64,000 nucleotides of DNA from Alphaproteobacteria bacterium (lineage in GTDB: Bacteria; Pseudomonadota; Alphaproteobacteria; GCA-2731375), in contig CBDDBZ010000035.1 of the NCBI GenBank assembly GCA_965225945.1, positions 64,001-128,000 on the forward strand, given 5' to 3'. Below, piece by piece: positions 39,990 through 48,597 of this stretch. Under the pieces are notes generated by a model. That model did no database searches. It was not told the DNA's origin and saw nothing but the letters and a program-made list of their open reading frames with translations. Position 1 is the stretch's first letter, and each line of letters opens with the position of its first letter. The position numbers and the translations under genes are program-made.

Positions 39990-41872
39990 GGGCCCGCCTC
40001 GCCGCCCGCCCGCTCCGAGCCGGCGGCGCTGGCCTGTAGCCGATAGAGATCGCCATAGCGGCCGCCGAGCGCCAGCAGCTCGTCGTGGCTGCCGCGCTCG
40101 ATGATCCGTCCCGCCTCCAGGAACAGGATCTCGTCCGCGTGCATCAGCGAGCTGAGGCGATGGGCGATGATGACGACCGCCCGCTCCTGGACGATCTCTT
40201 TCAGCGCGGTGCGGATCCGCCGCTCGGTGGCGGCATCGACCGCGGCGGTGGAATCGTCGAACACGAGCACCCGGCTCTCCGGCAAAATGCCGCGCGCGAT
40301 CGCCAGGCGTTGGCGCTGACCGCCGGAGAGCGTCACGCCGCGCTCGCCGACCAGGGTGGCGTAACGTCCGGGGAGCCCGCGGATATAGTTGTGCAGCTGC
40401 GCCGCCGCCGAGGAGCGCTCGATGTCCGCGCGACCGGCCCAGGGATCGCCGTAGGCGACGTTGTGGTCGATGCTGGCGGTGAAGAGGAAGGGGTCCTGCT
40501 GCACGACCGCCACCGCCTGGCGCAGCGATCTGAGCGTGACCTCGCGGATGTCCTGGCCGTCGATGGTGATACGGCCGGCGTCGACGTCGTGGTAGCGGCC
40601 CATCAGATGGGCGATCGTCGTCTTGCCGCTGCCGGGCGGACCGACGATGCCGATGGTCTTGCCGGGCCGAGCCTCGAAGTCGATGCCCGAGAGCGTGCGG
40701 GCATCCGCCGCCCAGGCCGGGTAGCGGAAGTCCACGCCCTCGAAGCGCAGCACGCCGGCGCCGGCCTCCAGATCGGGGGCGCCCGGGCGGTCGGCGACCG
40801 AGGGCACCAGATCGAGAACGGCGAACAGCCGGCCACCGCAGGTCGACGCGCGGGCGAGCGAGTTGACCATCCAGCCGACCTGGCGCACCGGCATCTGCAG
40901 GATGGTCATGAAGGCGAGGAACTCGGCGAACTGGCCGAGCGTGATCTCGCCCTCGATGGTCTTGGCCCCGCCGACCCAGAGCACCAGTCCCAAGGTGAGA
41001 AAATAGACGAAGGTCATCTGCGTCGTGCTCTGGACGAAGTAGCCGATCCGCCGTTGCGAGATCGCCAGCGCGCGGGCCGAGATCACGTCGTAGCGCGCGA
41101 GCTCGTGCGCCTGCGCCGCGAAGGCACGGACGACGCGGATGCCGCCGAGGTTCTCCTCCATCACCTTGGTGAGCGCCGAAAGCTCGTCCTGAAGCGCGAG
41201 CCAGGTGTCCCTGAGCTTGAGCCGGGCGAAGGAGGCGCGGATGGCGACGATGGGCACGAAGCCGAGCGCCACGAGGCAGAGCGTGCCGTCGATCCGGTAG
41301 AGGATGGTGGCGCCGCCGCCGATCAGCACGGTCAGCAGGATCGATCGCAAGACGCCGGTGTCGACCCAGAGGCGGACCCCCTCGATGTCGAGGATGCCGC
41401 GAGTCATCAGGTCGCCGCTGTGCACCCGGTCGTGCCAGGAGAAACTCAGTTGCTGGAGCTTGCGATAGTAGGCCCGGCGCAGATCGAAGCCGATGCTCTG
41501 GCCCACCGCCTCGCCCTGGTAGTTCTGCATCATGGCGCAGAGGCCGCGGGCGACGCTGGCGCCGATCAGCAACATAGCGGTGGCGAACAGCGCCTCGGCC
41601 GCCGCCGCCTTGGCCGCCGCACCGCTGGTCTCGACCAGCAGGCCGTGGGCCTGGTCGATGGCGCGACCCAGAAACTGCGGCACGAACAACTGGAAGCTCG
41701 CGGCCATCAGCGTGGCCACGATGGCGATGGCCATGCGCAGGCGATGGCGGAACGCCATCGTGGTAATGCGCCACAGCACCGCCGAGTCGAGCCTGGAGAC
41801 GTCGATCCGATAGCTGGAGGACGCCTCGGTGTCGACCGTCCCGCGCCGCCGCGCGGCCCAATTCGATTCCAT
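39986..41872 (-). CDS. ABC exporter (TMD+NBD), heterodimer subunit 1
   Basis: GPPGSGKT, LSGGQRQR, degenerate Walker B FDDS typical of heterodimeric exporters; start approximate. Confidence 0.9.
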   Translation of the reverse strand: MESNWAARRRGTVDTEASSSYRIDVSRLDSAVLWRITTMAFRHRLRMAIAIVATLMAASFQLFVPQFLGRAIDQAHGLLVETSGAAAKAAAAEALFATAMLLIGASVARGLCAMMQNYQGEAVGQSIGFDLRRAYYRKLQQLSFSWHDRVHSGDLMTRGILDIEGVRLWVDTGVLRSILLTVLIGGGATILYRIDGTLCLVALGFVPIVAIRASFARLKLRDTWLALQDELSALTKVMEENLGGIRVVRAFAAQAHELARYDVISARALAISQRRIGYFVQSTTQMTFVYFLTLGLVLWVGGAKTIEGEITLGQFAEFLAFMTILQMPVRQVGWMVNSLARASTCGGRLFAVLDLVPSVADRPGAPDLEAGAGVLRFEGVDFRYPAWAADARTLSGIDFEARPGKTIGIVGPPGSGKTTIAHLMGRYHDVDAGRITIDGQDIREVTLRSLRQAVAVVQQDPFLFTASIDHNVAYGDPWAGRADIERSSAAAQLHNYIRGLPGRYATLVGERGVTLSGGQRQRLAIARGILPESRVLVFDDSTAAVDAATERRIRTALKEIVQERAVVIIAHRLSSLMHADEILFLEAGRIIERGSHDELLALGGRYGDLYRLQASAAGSERAGGEAGP

Positions 41873-41989
41873 GCAAGCGAGATTACCGCAAGCCGCGTCC
41901 CCGCGCCGCATCGTCACCGCCGCCGCGACGATTTTTCCGGCGCGACGCGCCCGGCGCCGGTGGACGGCGCCACGGCGGGGAGGCTAGCG

Positions 41990-42190
41990 ATGGCCTTGGG
42001 GACGATAACGGTCGCGCGGCGGCCCCGGCCCGACGAGACTTACGTCATCGTCGCCTGCGAGACGGGACGCGAGGGCTGCAAGCTCCTGGCCGAGGCGGCA
42101 ATCCGAGACACGGACGGCGCCACCCTCGCGGTCGCCAAGGGCACCTGGATCCTGGTCGTGCGCGAAGTCCAACTCGACGCGGCGCCCTGA
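41990..42190 (+). pseudogene. C-terminal half of a hotdog-fold (PaaI-like thioesterase) protein
   Basis: LGTITV..RP.P.E.YVIV....GREG.K......I.D.DG..LA.A.GTWI; N-terminal half absent. Confidence 0.45.
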
Positions 42191-42206
42191 GGCGTGCCCG
42201 ACGCCT

Positions 42207-43403
42207 TCACACCACGCCGCGCTGCTTGAGGCTCTGATAGTCGCGCTCGCCGACGTCGCAGAGCTCGGCCAGCAGACCTTCCGTGTGCTCGCCCAGCATC
42301 GGTGGCCGCTCGATGTCGGCGGGCGAGGCCGAGAGCTTTATCGGGCACCCCACCGTCTTGTAGAGGCCGCGCGTCGGGTACTCCAATTCCACGATCATGT
42401 CGCGCGCCTCAAGGTGCGGGTCGGACAGCACCTCGCCGGTGTCCTGGCAGGCGCCGGACGGCACCCCGGCGGCGCCCAGGACGCGCATCACCTCGTGCTT
42501 GTCGCGCCCGAGCGTCCACTCGGTGACGATTCGCTCCAGCGCCTCGCGGTTCTCCCAGCGCGAGTCCGGGTTCTGGAAGCGTTCGTCCTCGGCCAGCTCC
42601 GGCCGCTCGATGGCCTGGACGAAGGCGGGCCACATCTGCGGCTGGCAGAAAATGAAGACATGGTCGTTGGGACCGCCCGGGGCGCAGGGAAAAGTCGTGC
42701 CCGGCACCGTCTTGCCGAGCTGGTTGCCGTTGCGTCCCTGCACCTCGCCGTGGCGCTGGTGGTCGCGCAGGCTGACCCGCATCAGGTTGACCACCGCATC
42801 CTGCATCGCCACCTCGACATGCTGGCCCTCGCCGGTGGCATGGCGTTGCTGCAAGGCCGCCAGAACGCCGACCACCATGTGCATGCCGGTGCCGGAATCT
42901 CCGATCGAGGGCCAGACGTAGGTCGGCGGATTGCCCGGATGGCCGGTCGTCGTCATCGCCCCGCCCATGGCCTGGGCGATCGGCTCGAACGACTTGAAAT
43001 CGCTGTAGGGCCCGTAGGTGCCGAAGCCCTTGATGGTGGCGTAGATGAAGCCGGGGTTGATCTCCTTCAACACCTCGTAGCCGAGGCCGAGGCGGTCGAG
43101 GGCGCCGGGCGCGAAGTTTTCGACCAGCACGTCCGACTTGGCGACCAATTGCTTGAACAGCTCCTTGCCCTCGTCGGCCTTCAGGTTCAGCGTCAGGCTC
43201 CGCTTGTTGGCGTTGAAGGAGAGGAAGAACAGGCTGTCGCTCTCGGGGATGTCGCGCAGGTTGGTACGGGCGACGTCGCCCTTGCCCGGCTGCTCGAGCT
43301 TGATCACTTCGGCGCCGAGCCAGGCCAGGATCTGGGTGCAGGCGGGACCGGCCTGATTGTGCGTCAGGTCGATGATGCGAATTCCGTCCAGCGCCTTGCT
43401 CAT
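42207..43403 (-). CDS. class III CoA transferase, formyl-CoA transferase-like
   Basis: MSKALDGIRIIDLTH.QAGP.CTQ.LAW.GA, N.NKRS, ENF.PG, IKGFG, GDS.TGMH; GGAGG RBS. Confidence 0.88.
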   Translation of the reverse strand: MSKALDGIRIIDLTHNQAGPACTQILAWLGAEVIKLEQPGKGDVARTNLRDIPESDSLFFLSFNANKRSLTLNLKADEGKELFKQLVAKSDVLVENFAPGALDRLGLGYEVLKEINPGFIYATIKGFGTYGPYSDFKSFEPIAQAMGGAMTTTGHPGNPPTYVWPSIGDSGTGMHMVVGVLAALQQRHATGEGQHVEVAMQDAVVNLMRVSLRDHQRHGEVQGRNGNQLGKTVPGTTFPCAPGGPNDHVFIFCQPQMWPAFVQAIERPELAEDERFQNPDSRWENREALERIVTEWTLGRDKHEVMRVLGAAGVPSGACQDTGEVLSDPHLEARDMIVELEYPTRGLYKTVGCPIKLSASPADIERPPMLGEHTEGLLAELCDVGERDYQSLKQRGVV

Positions 43404-43476
43404 CTTCTTCCTCCCGCCTGTCAAACTCTCGCGAAACGCGGCCGGACGGTACCATGTCGCCACCCCGGCGGGCCAC

Positions 43477-44763
43477 TCAAGCCCAGGCGGCGACCCTCGG
43501 CGACGGCAGGATGGTGCCCGAAACCTCGCCGAAGCCGACCCGATGGCCCTCGCCCTGGCACCAGCCGGTGATGGTCACCGTGTCGCCGTCCTCCAGGAAC
43601 GTCCGCTCGCCACCACCCTCGAGGCGGAGCGGCGCCTGGCCGTTTCGCGTCAACTCCAGCAGGCTACCGAGGGAGTCCGGATCCGGCCCGCTGATGGTCC
43701 CGGAGCCCAGCAGATCACCCGGCGCCATGGCGCAGCCGCCGACCGCGTGGTGCGCGAGCTGCTGCGCGCCCGACCAATACATATGGCGGAAGTTGGTGCG
43801 GCAGATCACGCTTCCGCGCGATGCACCGGCCGGGCGAAGCGTGGTCTCCAGGTGGACGTCGAGGCCTCGTGGCTCCCCCTGGCGGAGGTAGGGCAGCGGT
43901 GGCGGTGCCTGCTCCGGGCCGGCCACGCGGAACGGCGCCAGCGCCTCAGCCGTCACCACCCAGGGCGAGATCGAGGTGGCGAAGACCTTGGACTGGAACG
44001 GCCCCAACGGCACGTATTCCCAGGTTTGAATATCGCGCGCGCTCCAATCGTTCAGCAGCACGTAGCCGAAGATCATCGCCTCGGCCTCGCCGAGGGTCAG
44101 CGGCCGGCCCATCGCGTTGCCGGTGCCGACCACGGCGCCCATCTCCAGCTCGATGTCGAGCTTGGCGCATGGCCCGAAGATCGGTGCCTCGGCCTCGGGT
44201 GGCTTGCTCTGGCCGAGCGGGCGGTGGATCGCGGTGCCGCTCGCGACGACGGTGCTGGCCCGGCCGTTGTAGCCGATCGGCAGATGCAGCCAGTTGGCGG
44301 GAAGCGCGTTCTCGGGCCCGCGAAACATCCGGCCGACGTTGCTGGCGTGCTCCTTGGAGGCATAGAAATCGGTGTAGCCGCCGACCTCGATCGGCAGGCG
44401 CAACCGCGCCTCGGGCGTCGGGACGAGCGCCCGGCCGCGCAGCGACTCGTCGTCCCGCAGGCGGTCGTTGTCGCAATCGAGCAGGTCCGCGACCGTGGCG
44501 CGGACCGAGGCCCAGACATGCGCGCCCCGGGCCATGAAGGCGTTGAGGCTGGCGCCCTCGAAGACCGCCTCGCCCGCGTCCACCAGGCCGGCCCGTTCCA
44601 ACACCGCGAGGTCGAGAATTTGCTCGCCGATGGCGATGCCGACGCGTGGCCCCGGCGCCGCCACCGTCTCGAAGACGCCAAGGGGAAGGTTCTGGATCGG
44701 AAAATGGCCTTCCGCGTCGTCGGCGCCGGCGACCAAACTCCGCCGTTCGGCGCCGATGCTCAC
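43477..44763 (-). CDS. fahA: fumarylacetoacetase
   Basis: FPIQNLP.G.F, YTDFYAS..HA.NVG, HLPIGYNGRAS, LD.ELE, NDWSARDIQ.WEYVPLGPF, GSGTISG. Confidence 0.95.
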   Translation of the reverse strand: MSIGAERRSLVAGADDAEGHFPIQNLPLGVFETVAAPGPRVGIAIGEQILDLAVLERAGLVDAGEAVFEGASLNAFMARGAHVWASVRATVADLLDCDNDRLRDDESLRGRALVPTPEARLRLPIEVGGYTDFYASKEHASNVGRMFRGPENALPANWLHLPIGYNGRASTVVASGTAIHRPLGQSKPPEAEAPIFGPCAKLDIELEMGAVVGTGNAMGRPLTLGEAEAMIFGYVLLNDWSARDIQTWEYVPLGPFQSKVFATSISPWVVTAEALAPFRVAGPEQAPPPLPYLRQGEPRGLDVHLETTLRPAGASRGSVICRTNFRHMYWSGAQQLAHHAVGGCAMAPGDLLGSGTISGPDPDSLGSLLELTRNGQAPLRLEGGGERTFLEDGDTVTITGWCQGEGHRVGFGEVSGTILPSPRVAAWA

Positions 44764-45902
44764 TCCGCCGCGGCCTTCCAGCTGTCGACATAGGCCTCGT
44801 TCTCGACGCCCGGGGGAAGCTCGCCCAAATCCAAGGCGTCGCGGGTGTCGATCATGACGGCGTATTCGTCGCTCACCGGCTTCGGCTGGGTGAACATGTT
44901 GCGGAGCGCCTTGGGATGCGGTCCGTGGGTGAAGCCGCAAGGATGGAAGGTCATCATCCCGGCCTCGATGCCGTCGCGAGAGAAGAAGTCGCCGGCGTGA
45001 TAGAACAACACCTCGTCATAGTCGTGATTGTCGTGGAAGAACGGCACCTTGAGCGCGCCCGGATCACTCTCGAAGGGGCGGGGTGCAAAGGTGCAGACGA
45101 CGAAGCGGTCGGCCATGAACGTGGTATGGGCCGAGGGCGGCAGGTGGTAGCGGTGGCTCGTCAACGGCCGGATATCACGAACATTGAGGCGGACCGGCGA
45201 GAGATCGCCCTTCCAACCCACCGCGTCGAGCGGATTGAAGGGGAAGGTGACGGTGCTGACGGCGTCGCGCCGCTTGATCCGGATCCGCCATTCTTCGTCG
45301 GCCGCCTTCCCGTCGCGCTGCGCCCGGAAGGCCTCGTCCAGCGCCGGACGCGCCAGGGTCGCGGGATCGAAGATCGCGTGCGCCCCCACCAGCCCCCTGT
45401 CGGGCAGGCCGTAGCTCGCATTGGTCGCCTCGATCATCAGCGCGCTCAGCGGCGAGGTGCATTCGAGCCGCCACATCGTCGCCCGGGGCAGCATGACGTA
45501 GTCGCCCACCTCGAGCGCGAGATGGCCGAAATCGCAAAACAAATCGGCCGCGCCCTGGTGGATGAACAGCAGATCGTCGCCGTCGCCGTTCCGGGCCAGG
45601 TGGTCCATCCGCTCCGGCGCGCGCCAGAAGCGGATTTTGCAATGGGCGTTGTGGAGCACGGTGGGCGCGTCCCAGGGCGAGGCTTCGATGCGGTTCAGCG
45701 CGCATAGATCGAAGGCCCGGGGTCGAAGCGGCCCCTCCCAATCGATCCAGCCGGTCGGCGGGTTGCGGTGATAGATATGCGCCGCCGGGCCGAAGAATCC
45801 GTTCTTGCTGATTTCCCTCTCGTAGGTGCCCTCGGGCAAATCGGCATGGGCCTGGCGGGTCGCCTCGCCCTCGACATGATGGATGGCAATGGGGTTCTTC
45901 AT
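44760..45902 (-). CDS. hmgA: homogentisate 1,2-dioxygenase (short bacterial type)
   Basis: GFFGP, RN.DGD, PLDAVGW.G, HLPPSAH.TF, PFFH.N.DYDEVLFYH.G.FFSR, HGPHP, AVMIDT. Confidence 0.92.
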   Translation of the reverse strand: MKNPIAIHHVEGEATRQAHADLPEGTYEREISKNGFFGPAAHIYHRNPPTGWIDWEGPLRPRAFDLCALNRIEASPWDAPTVLHNAHCKIRFWRAPERMDHLARNGDGDDLLFIHQGAADLFCDFGHLALEVGDYVMLPRATMWRLECTSPLSALMIEATNASYGLPDRGLVGAHAIFDPATLARPALDEAFRAQRDGKAADEEWRIRIKRRDAVSTVTFPFNPLDAVGWKGDLSPVRLNVRDIRPLTSHRYHLPPSAHTTFMADRFVVCTFAPRPFESDPGALKVPFFHDNHDYDEVLFYHAGDFFSRDGIEAGMMTFHPCGFTHGPHPKALRNMFTQPKPVSDEYAVMIDTRDALDLGELPPGVENEAYVDSWKAAAE

Positions 45903-45994
45903 CGTCGCTCTCCCGAAGTCGGCCGCGCCGTGCTTATGGTAGCATGCTCGGATCGTCTCGAGGCGACCCGCCGGACCCCTCGACTCAGGCTCCG

Positions 45995-47479
45995 TCAGTC
46001 CCTCCGGTCGCCGACGGCGCCGCGGTCGATCTGGTCGCGCTCGATCGATTCGAACAGTGCCTTGAAGTTACCCTCGCCGAAACCCTCGTCGCCCTTGCGC
46101 TGGATGAACTCGAAGAACACCGGCCCCAGCAGGGTCTGGGAGAAGATCTGCAGCAGCAGCCGGACGTCGCCCCCCATGGTGGTGCCGTCGAGCAGGATGC
46201 CGCGCGATTTCAAGCCCGCCACCGGTTCGCCGTGGCCGGGCAGGCGCTGCTCCAGCATGGCGTAGTAGGCATCGGACGGCGCCGGCATGAAGTCCAAGCC
46301 CGCCGAGCGCAACCTGTCGACGGTCGCCGGCAGGTCCTCGCAAGAAAGCGCGATGTGCTGAATGCCCTCGCCGTTGAAGGCCAGAAGAAACTCCTCGATC
46401 TGCCCCCCGCCGGCCCCAGATTCCTCGTTCAGGGGAATGCGGATCTTGCCGTCGGGCGCGGTGAGTGCTTTGCTGGTCAGGCCGGTGTATTCGCCCGAGA
46501 TGTCGAAATGGCGCAGTTCGCGGAAACCGAACAGATGCTCGTAGAAGCCCGCCCAATGCGCCATGCGGCCGCGATAGACATTGTGGGTCAGGTGATCGAT
46601 GAGCTTCAGGCCGTGCCCAACGGGGCGGCGCTCGGCCCCCTCGAGCCAACGAAAATCGATGTCGTAGATCGACGCGCCGTCCTCGAAGCGGTCGATCAGA
46701 TAGATCGACGCCCCGCCGATGCCCCGAATTGCCGGCAGCTTCAACTCCATGGGCCCGGTCGGAATGTCGATCGGTTGCGCGCCGAGCTCGATCGCCCGGG
46801 CGTGGGCGAGGTGCGAATCACCGACCCGGAAGGCCAGGCCACAGGCCGAAGGTCCGTGCTCGTCGGCGAAATAGGCGGCGAGCGACCGTGGTGCCTTGTT
46901 GACGATGAAGTTGATCCCGCCCTGACGCCAAAGATCGACCTCCTTCGAGCGATGGCGTGCGACCTTGGCAAAACCGAGCGTCGTGAAGGCTTGCTCGAGA
47001 AGTTCCGGGTTCGGTGCCGCGAACTCGACGAACTCGAAGCCCTCGAGCCCCATCGGGTTGTCCACCGTCGGCGCGGGCCGCGCGCCGACGGCGGAACTCG
47101 AGACGCTCGCCACCCCGGCTTCCGCCGCGTCGGTTTCCAGATCGATGAAATGCACGCCGAACTGATTGGCGGCCCGGTAGGCGACCTCGCACCACCTCGG
47201 TCCACTTTGGCCGAAATCGAGCTCAAACCGGTCGGGCACCTCCGACACCGTTTCGAAAAACAACCTGGCGCCGCTCCGCGACAGGTTTCGTACGGTGCAG
47301 TCGATCACGCTCTGGCGATCGTTGTAGATCACCTTGGCGGCAAGCAGCGTGCGTCGGCGACGGTCCGCCAACATTCGGCGCTCGTCGCCGCCGCGCTGCT
47401 CCGTCTCGGTCGGCGCCTCGACGATACGCCGCTCCTCACGGGCTCTGCGTTCCTCGGCTCGCCGACGTTTCTCGATCAC
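45995..47479 (-). CDS. hppD: PilZ-domain::4-hydroxyphenylpyruvate dioxygenase fusion
   Basis: HPPD 45995-47065 ([45 protein letters not shown]); in-frame PilZ-like domain ~47147-47374 ([12 protein letters not shown]...GVHF); GTG start at 47479 after GGGAG/GAGG. Confidence 0.88.
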   Translation of the reverse strand: MIEKRRRAEERRAREERRIVEAPTETEQRGGDERRMLADRRRRTLLAAKVIYNDRQSVIDCTVRNLSRSGARLFFETVSEVPDRFELDFGQSGPRWCEVAYRAANQFGVHFIDLETDAAEAGVASVSSSAVGARPAPTVDNPMGLEGFEFVEFAAPNPELLEQAFTTLGFAKVARHRSKEVDLWRQGGINFIVNKAPRSLAAYFADEHGPSACGLAFRVGDSHLAHARAIELGAQPIDIPTGPMELKLPAIRGIGGASIYLIDRFEDGASIYDIDFRWLEGAERRPVGHGLKLIDHLTHNVYRGRMAHWAGFYEHLFGFRELRHFDISGEYTGLTSKALTAPDGKIRIPLNEESGAGGGQIEEFLLAFNGEGIQHIALSCEDLPATVDRLRSAGLDFMPAPSDAYYAMLEQRLPGHGEPVAGLKSRGILLDGTTMGGDVRLLLQIFSQTLLGPVFFEFIQRKGDEGFGEGNFKALFESIERDQIDRGAVGDRRD

Positions 47480-47586
47480 GCCTCGCTCCCTATCTCGCTC
47501 TCGGCGTCGGCTCGTCCCGGCATTCGACGATATCCGAGCACCACGCGCGTTTCGCGACCGGTGCGCCTCGCCAAGCGCCATATTCG

Positions 47587-47610
47587 ATTGTTGTTACGAA
47601 ATCCAACAAT
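47587..47610. promoter_or_regulatory. inverted repeat ATTGTTG-N10-CAACAAT upstream of PilZ-hppD
   Basis: perfect 7-bp arms, flanked by TCG/TCGA. Confidence 0.45.
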
Positions 47611-47764
47611 TCGAGCATGGCGATAACGGAATAGACTCACGGCGTAACCATATAATATTTGTGCCTATTAAGGAACCCGCGCTCAGACGATTTCATTGGT
47701 TTTGAAATCGATATCAAGACATGTTGAAAGAATAGAGTCGCCGACACTTCAATTCGTTTTGCCG

Positions 47765-47780
47765 TTAAGGTGTCATTAAC
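47765..47780 (+). promoter_or_regulatory. CtrA binding site
   Basis: TTAA-GGTGTCA-TTAAC, an exact match to TTAA-N7-TTAA(C); unlikely by chance in GC-rich DNA. Confidence 0.75.
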
Positions 47781-47798
47781 CCATCAAGTGGCGGGAGC

Positions 47799-48335
47799 GT
47801 GGTCCGGACCACGGGGCAGCAAGCGTGGGAGACGAACACAGATGACGGCGATCAAGGGTTTTGCGATAGGCGCGATCGCAATGGGAACCATGTCGACGGC
47901 GGCAAGCTGAACGGCGCCAATGGTCATGGGCTGCATCACGGCACCGGCGGCAATGGCGTCGCGATGCCACCGACGCATCTGGTTTCGACGAACGACCGCT
48001 TGGAAAACCACCGGGATCCCAGCCGCCCACGACTGATCGACTCGATTGTCGATACCCGGCAGGCGCCGGTCGAGCGGACACCGCCACGGGCGTTGCGCCC
48101 GAGTCCCCGGCGCTGGACGGTAACCGGCGGCGCGGGCGATGCCGAGCAGAATCTCGACCGGCAGGCGACGGACGACCCGATCAAGCTGGTGCAAAAGCTC
48201 AATCAGGCGATGAACGCGGCGGATCGGATCGGCCTTGTCGTCAAACCGAACATCTCGACCGCGACGTCGCAGTTCGGTGGCACAGGCTCGGCCGGCCACA
48301 TGGCGAGCATCAAGGTCTCTCGCAAGCTCTGCTAG
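47799..48335 (+). CDS. hypothetical protein
   Basis: ORF with GGGAG before GTG; low-complexity N-terminus, compact C-terminal domain (LVQKLNQAM..A...GL.V...V.RKL); true start uncertain. Confidence 0.6.
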   Translation: MVRTTGQQAWETNTDDGDQGFCDRRDRNGNHVDGGKLNGANGHGLHHGTGGNGVAMPPTHLVSTNDRLENHRDPSRPRLIDSIVDTRQAPVERTPPRALRPSPRRWTVTGGAGDAEQNLDRQATDDPIKLVQKLNQAMNAADRIGLVVKPNISTATSQFGGTGSAGHMASIKVSRKLC

Positions 48336-48550
48336 AGCGTGCGACGGCCCTCACGAACAATTCTCCGCGCGGTCGCCCGCGACGGGGCGCGAGCGGGCAA
48401 ATGCCCGCTTGGCTTCGGTGCGCGCGTCTACAGGGTGGACGGTAATCGGCCTTGTCGTCAAACCGAACATCTCGACCGCGACGTCGCAGTTCGGTGGCAC
48501 AGGCTCGGCCGGCCACATGGCGAGCATCAAGGTCTCTCGCAAGCTCTGCT
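48228..48550 (+). repeat. exact 106-bp direct repeat (48228-48333 and 48445-48550)
   Basis: the second copy duplicates the 3' end of the upstream ORF up to the T of its stop codon; 111-bp spacer. Confidence 0.93.
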
Positions 48551-48597
48551 CGGGGGAGCGGCGCGGTCGGGACATCCGTCGATGGTATCACAAGGAG

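Noticed and set aside
38121-41876. 1251-aa ORF suggesting a giant fused ABC transporter
   Set aside because: The N-terminal half is an off-frame shadow of the upstream ABC gene; the real second gene starts at GTG 39989, overlapping the TGA
47702-47717. FNR/FixK-like box TTGAAATCGATATCAA
   Set aside because: Spacing is two bases longer than TTGAT-N4-ATCAA
48228-48550. Possible DGR template/variable repeat pair
   Set aside because: The copies are identical with no adenine-specific differences, and no reverse transcriptase is present in the window
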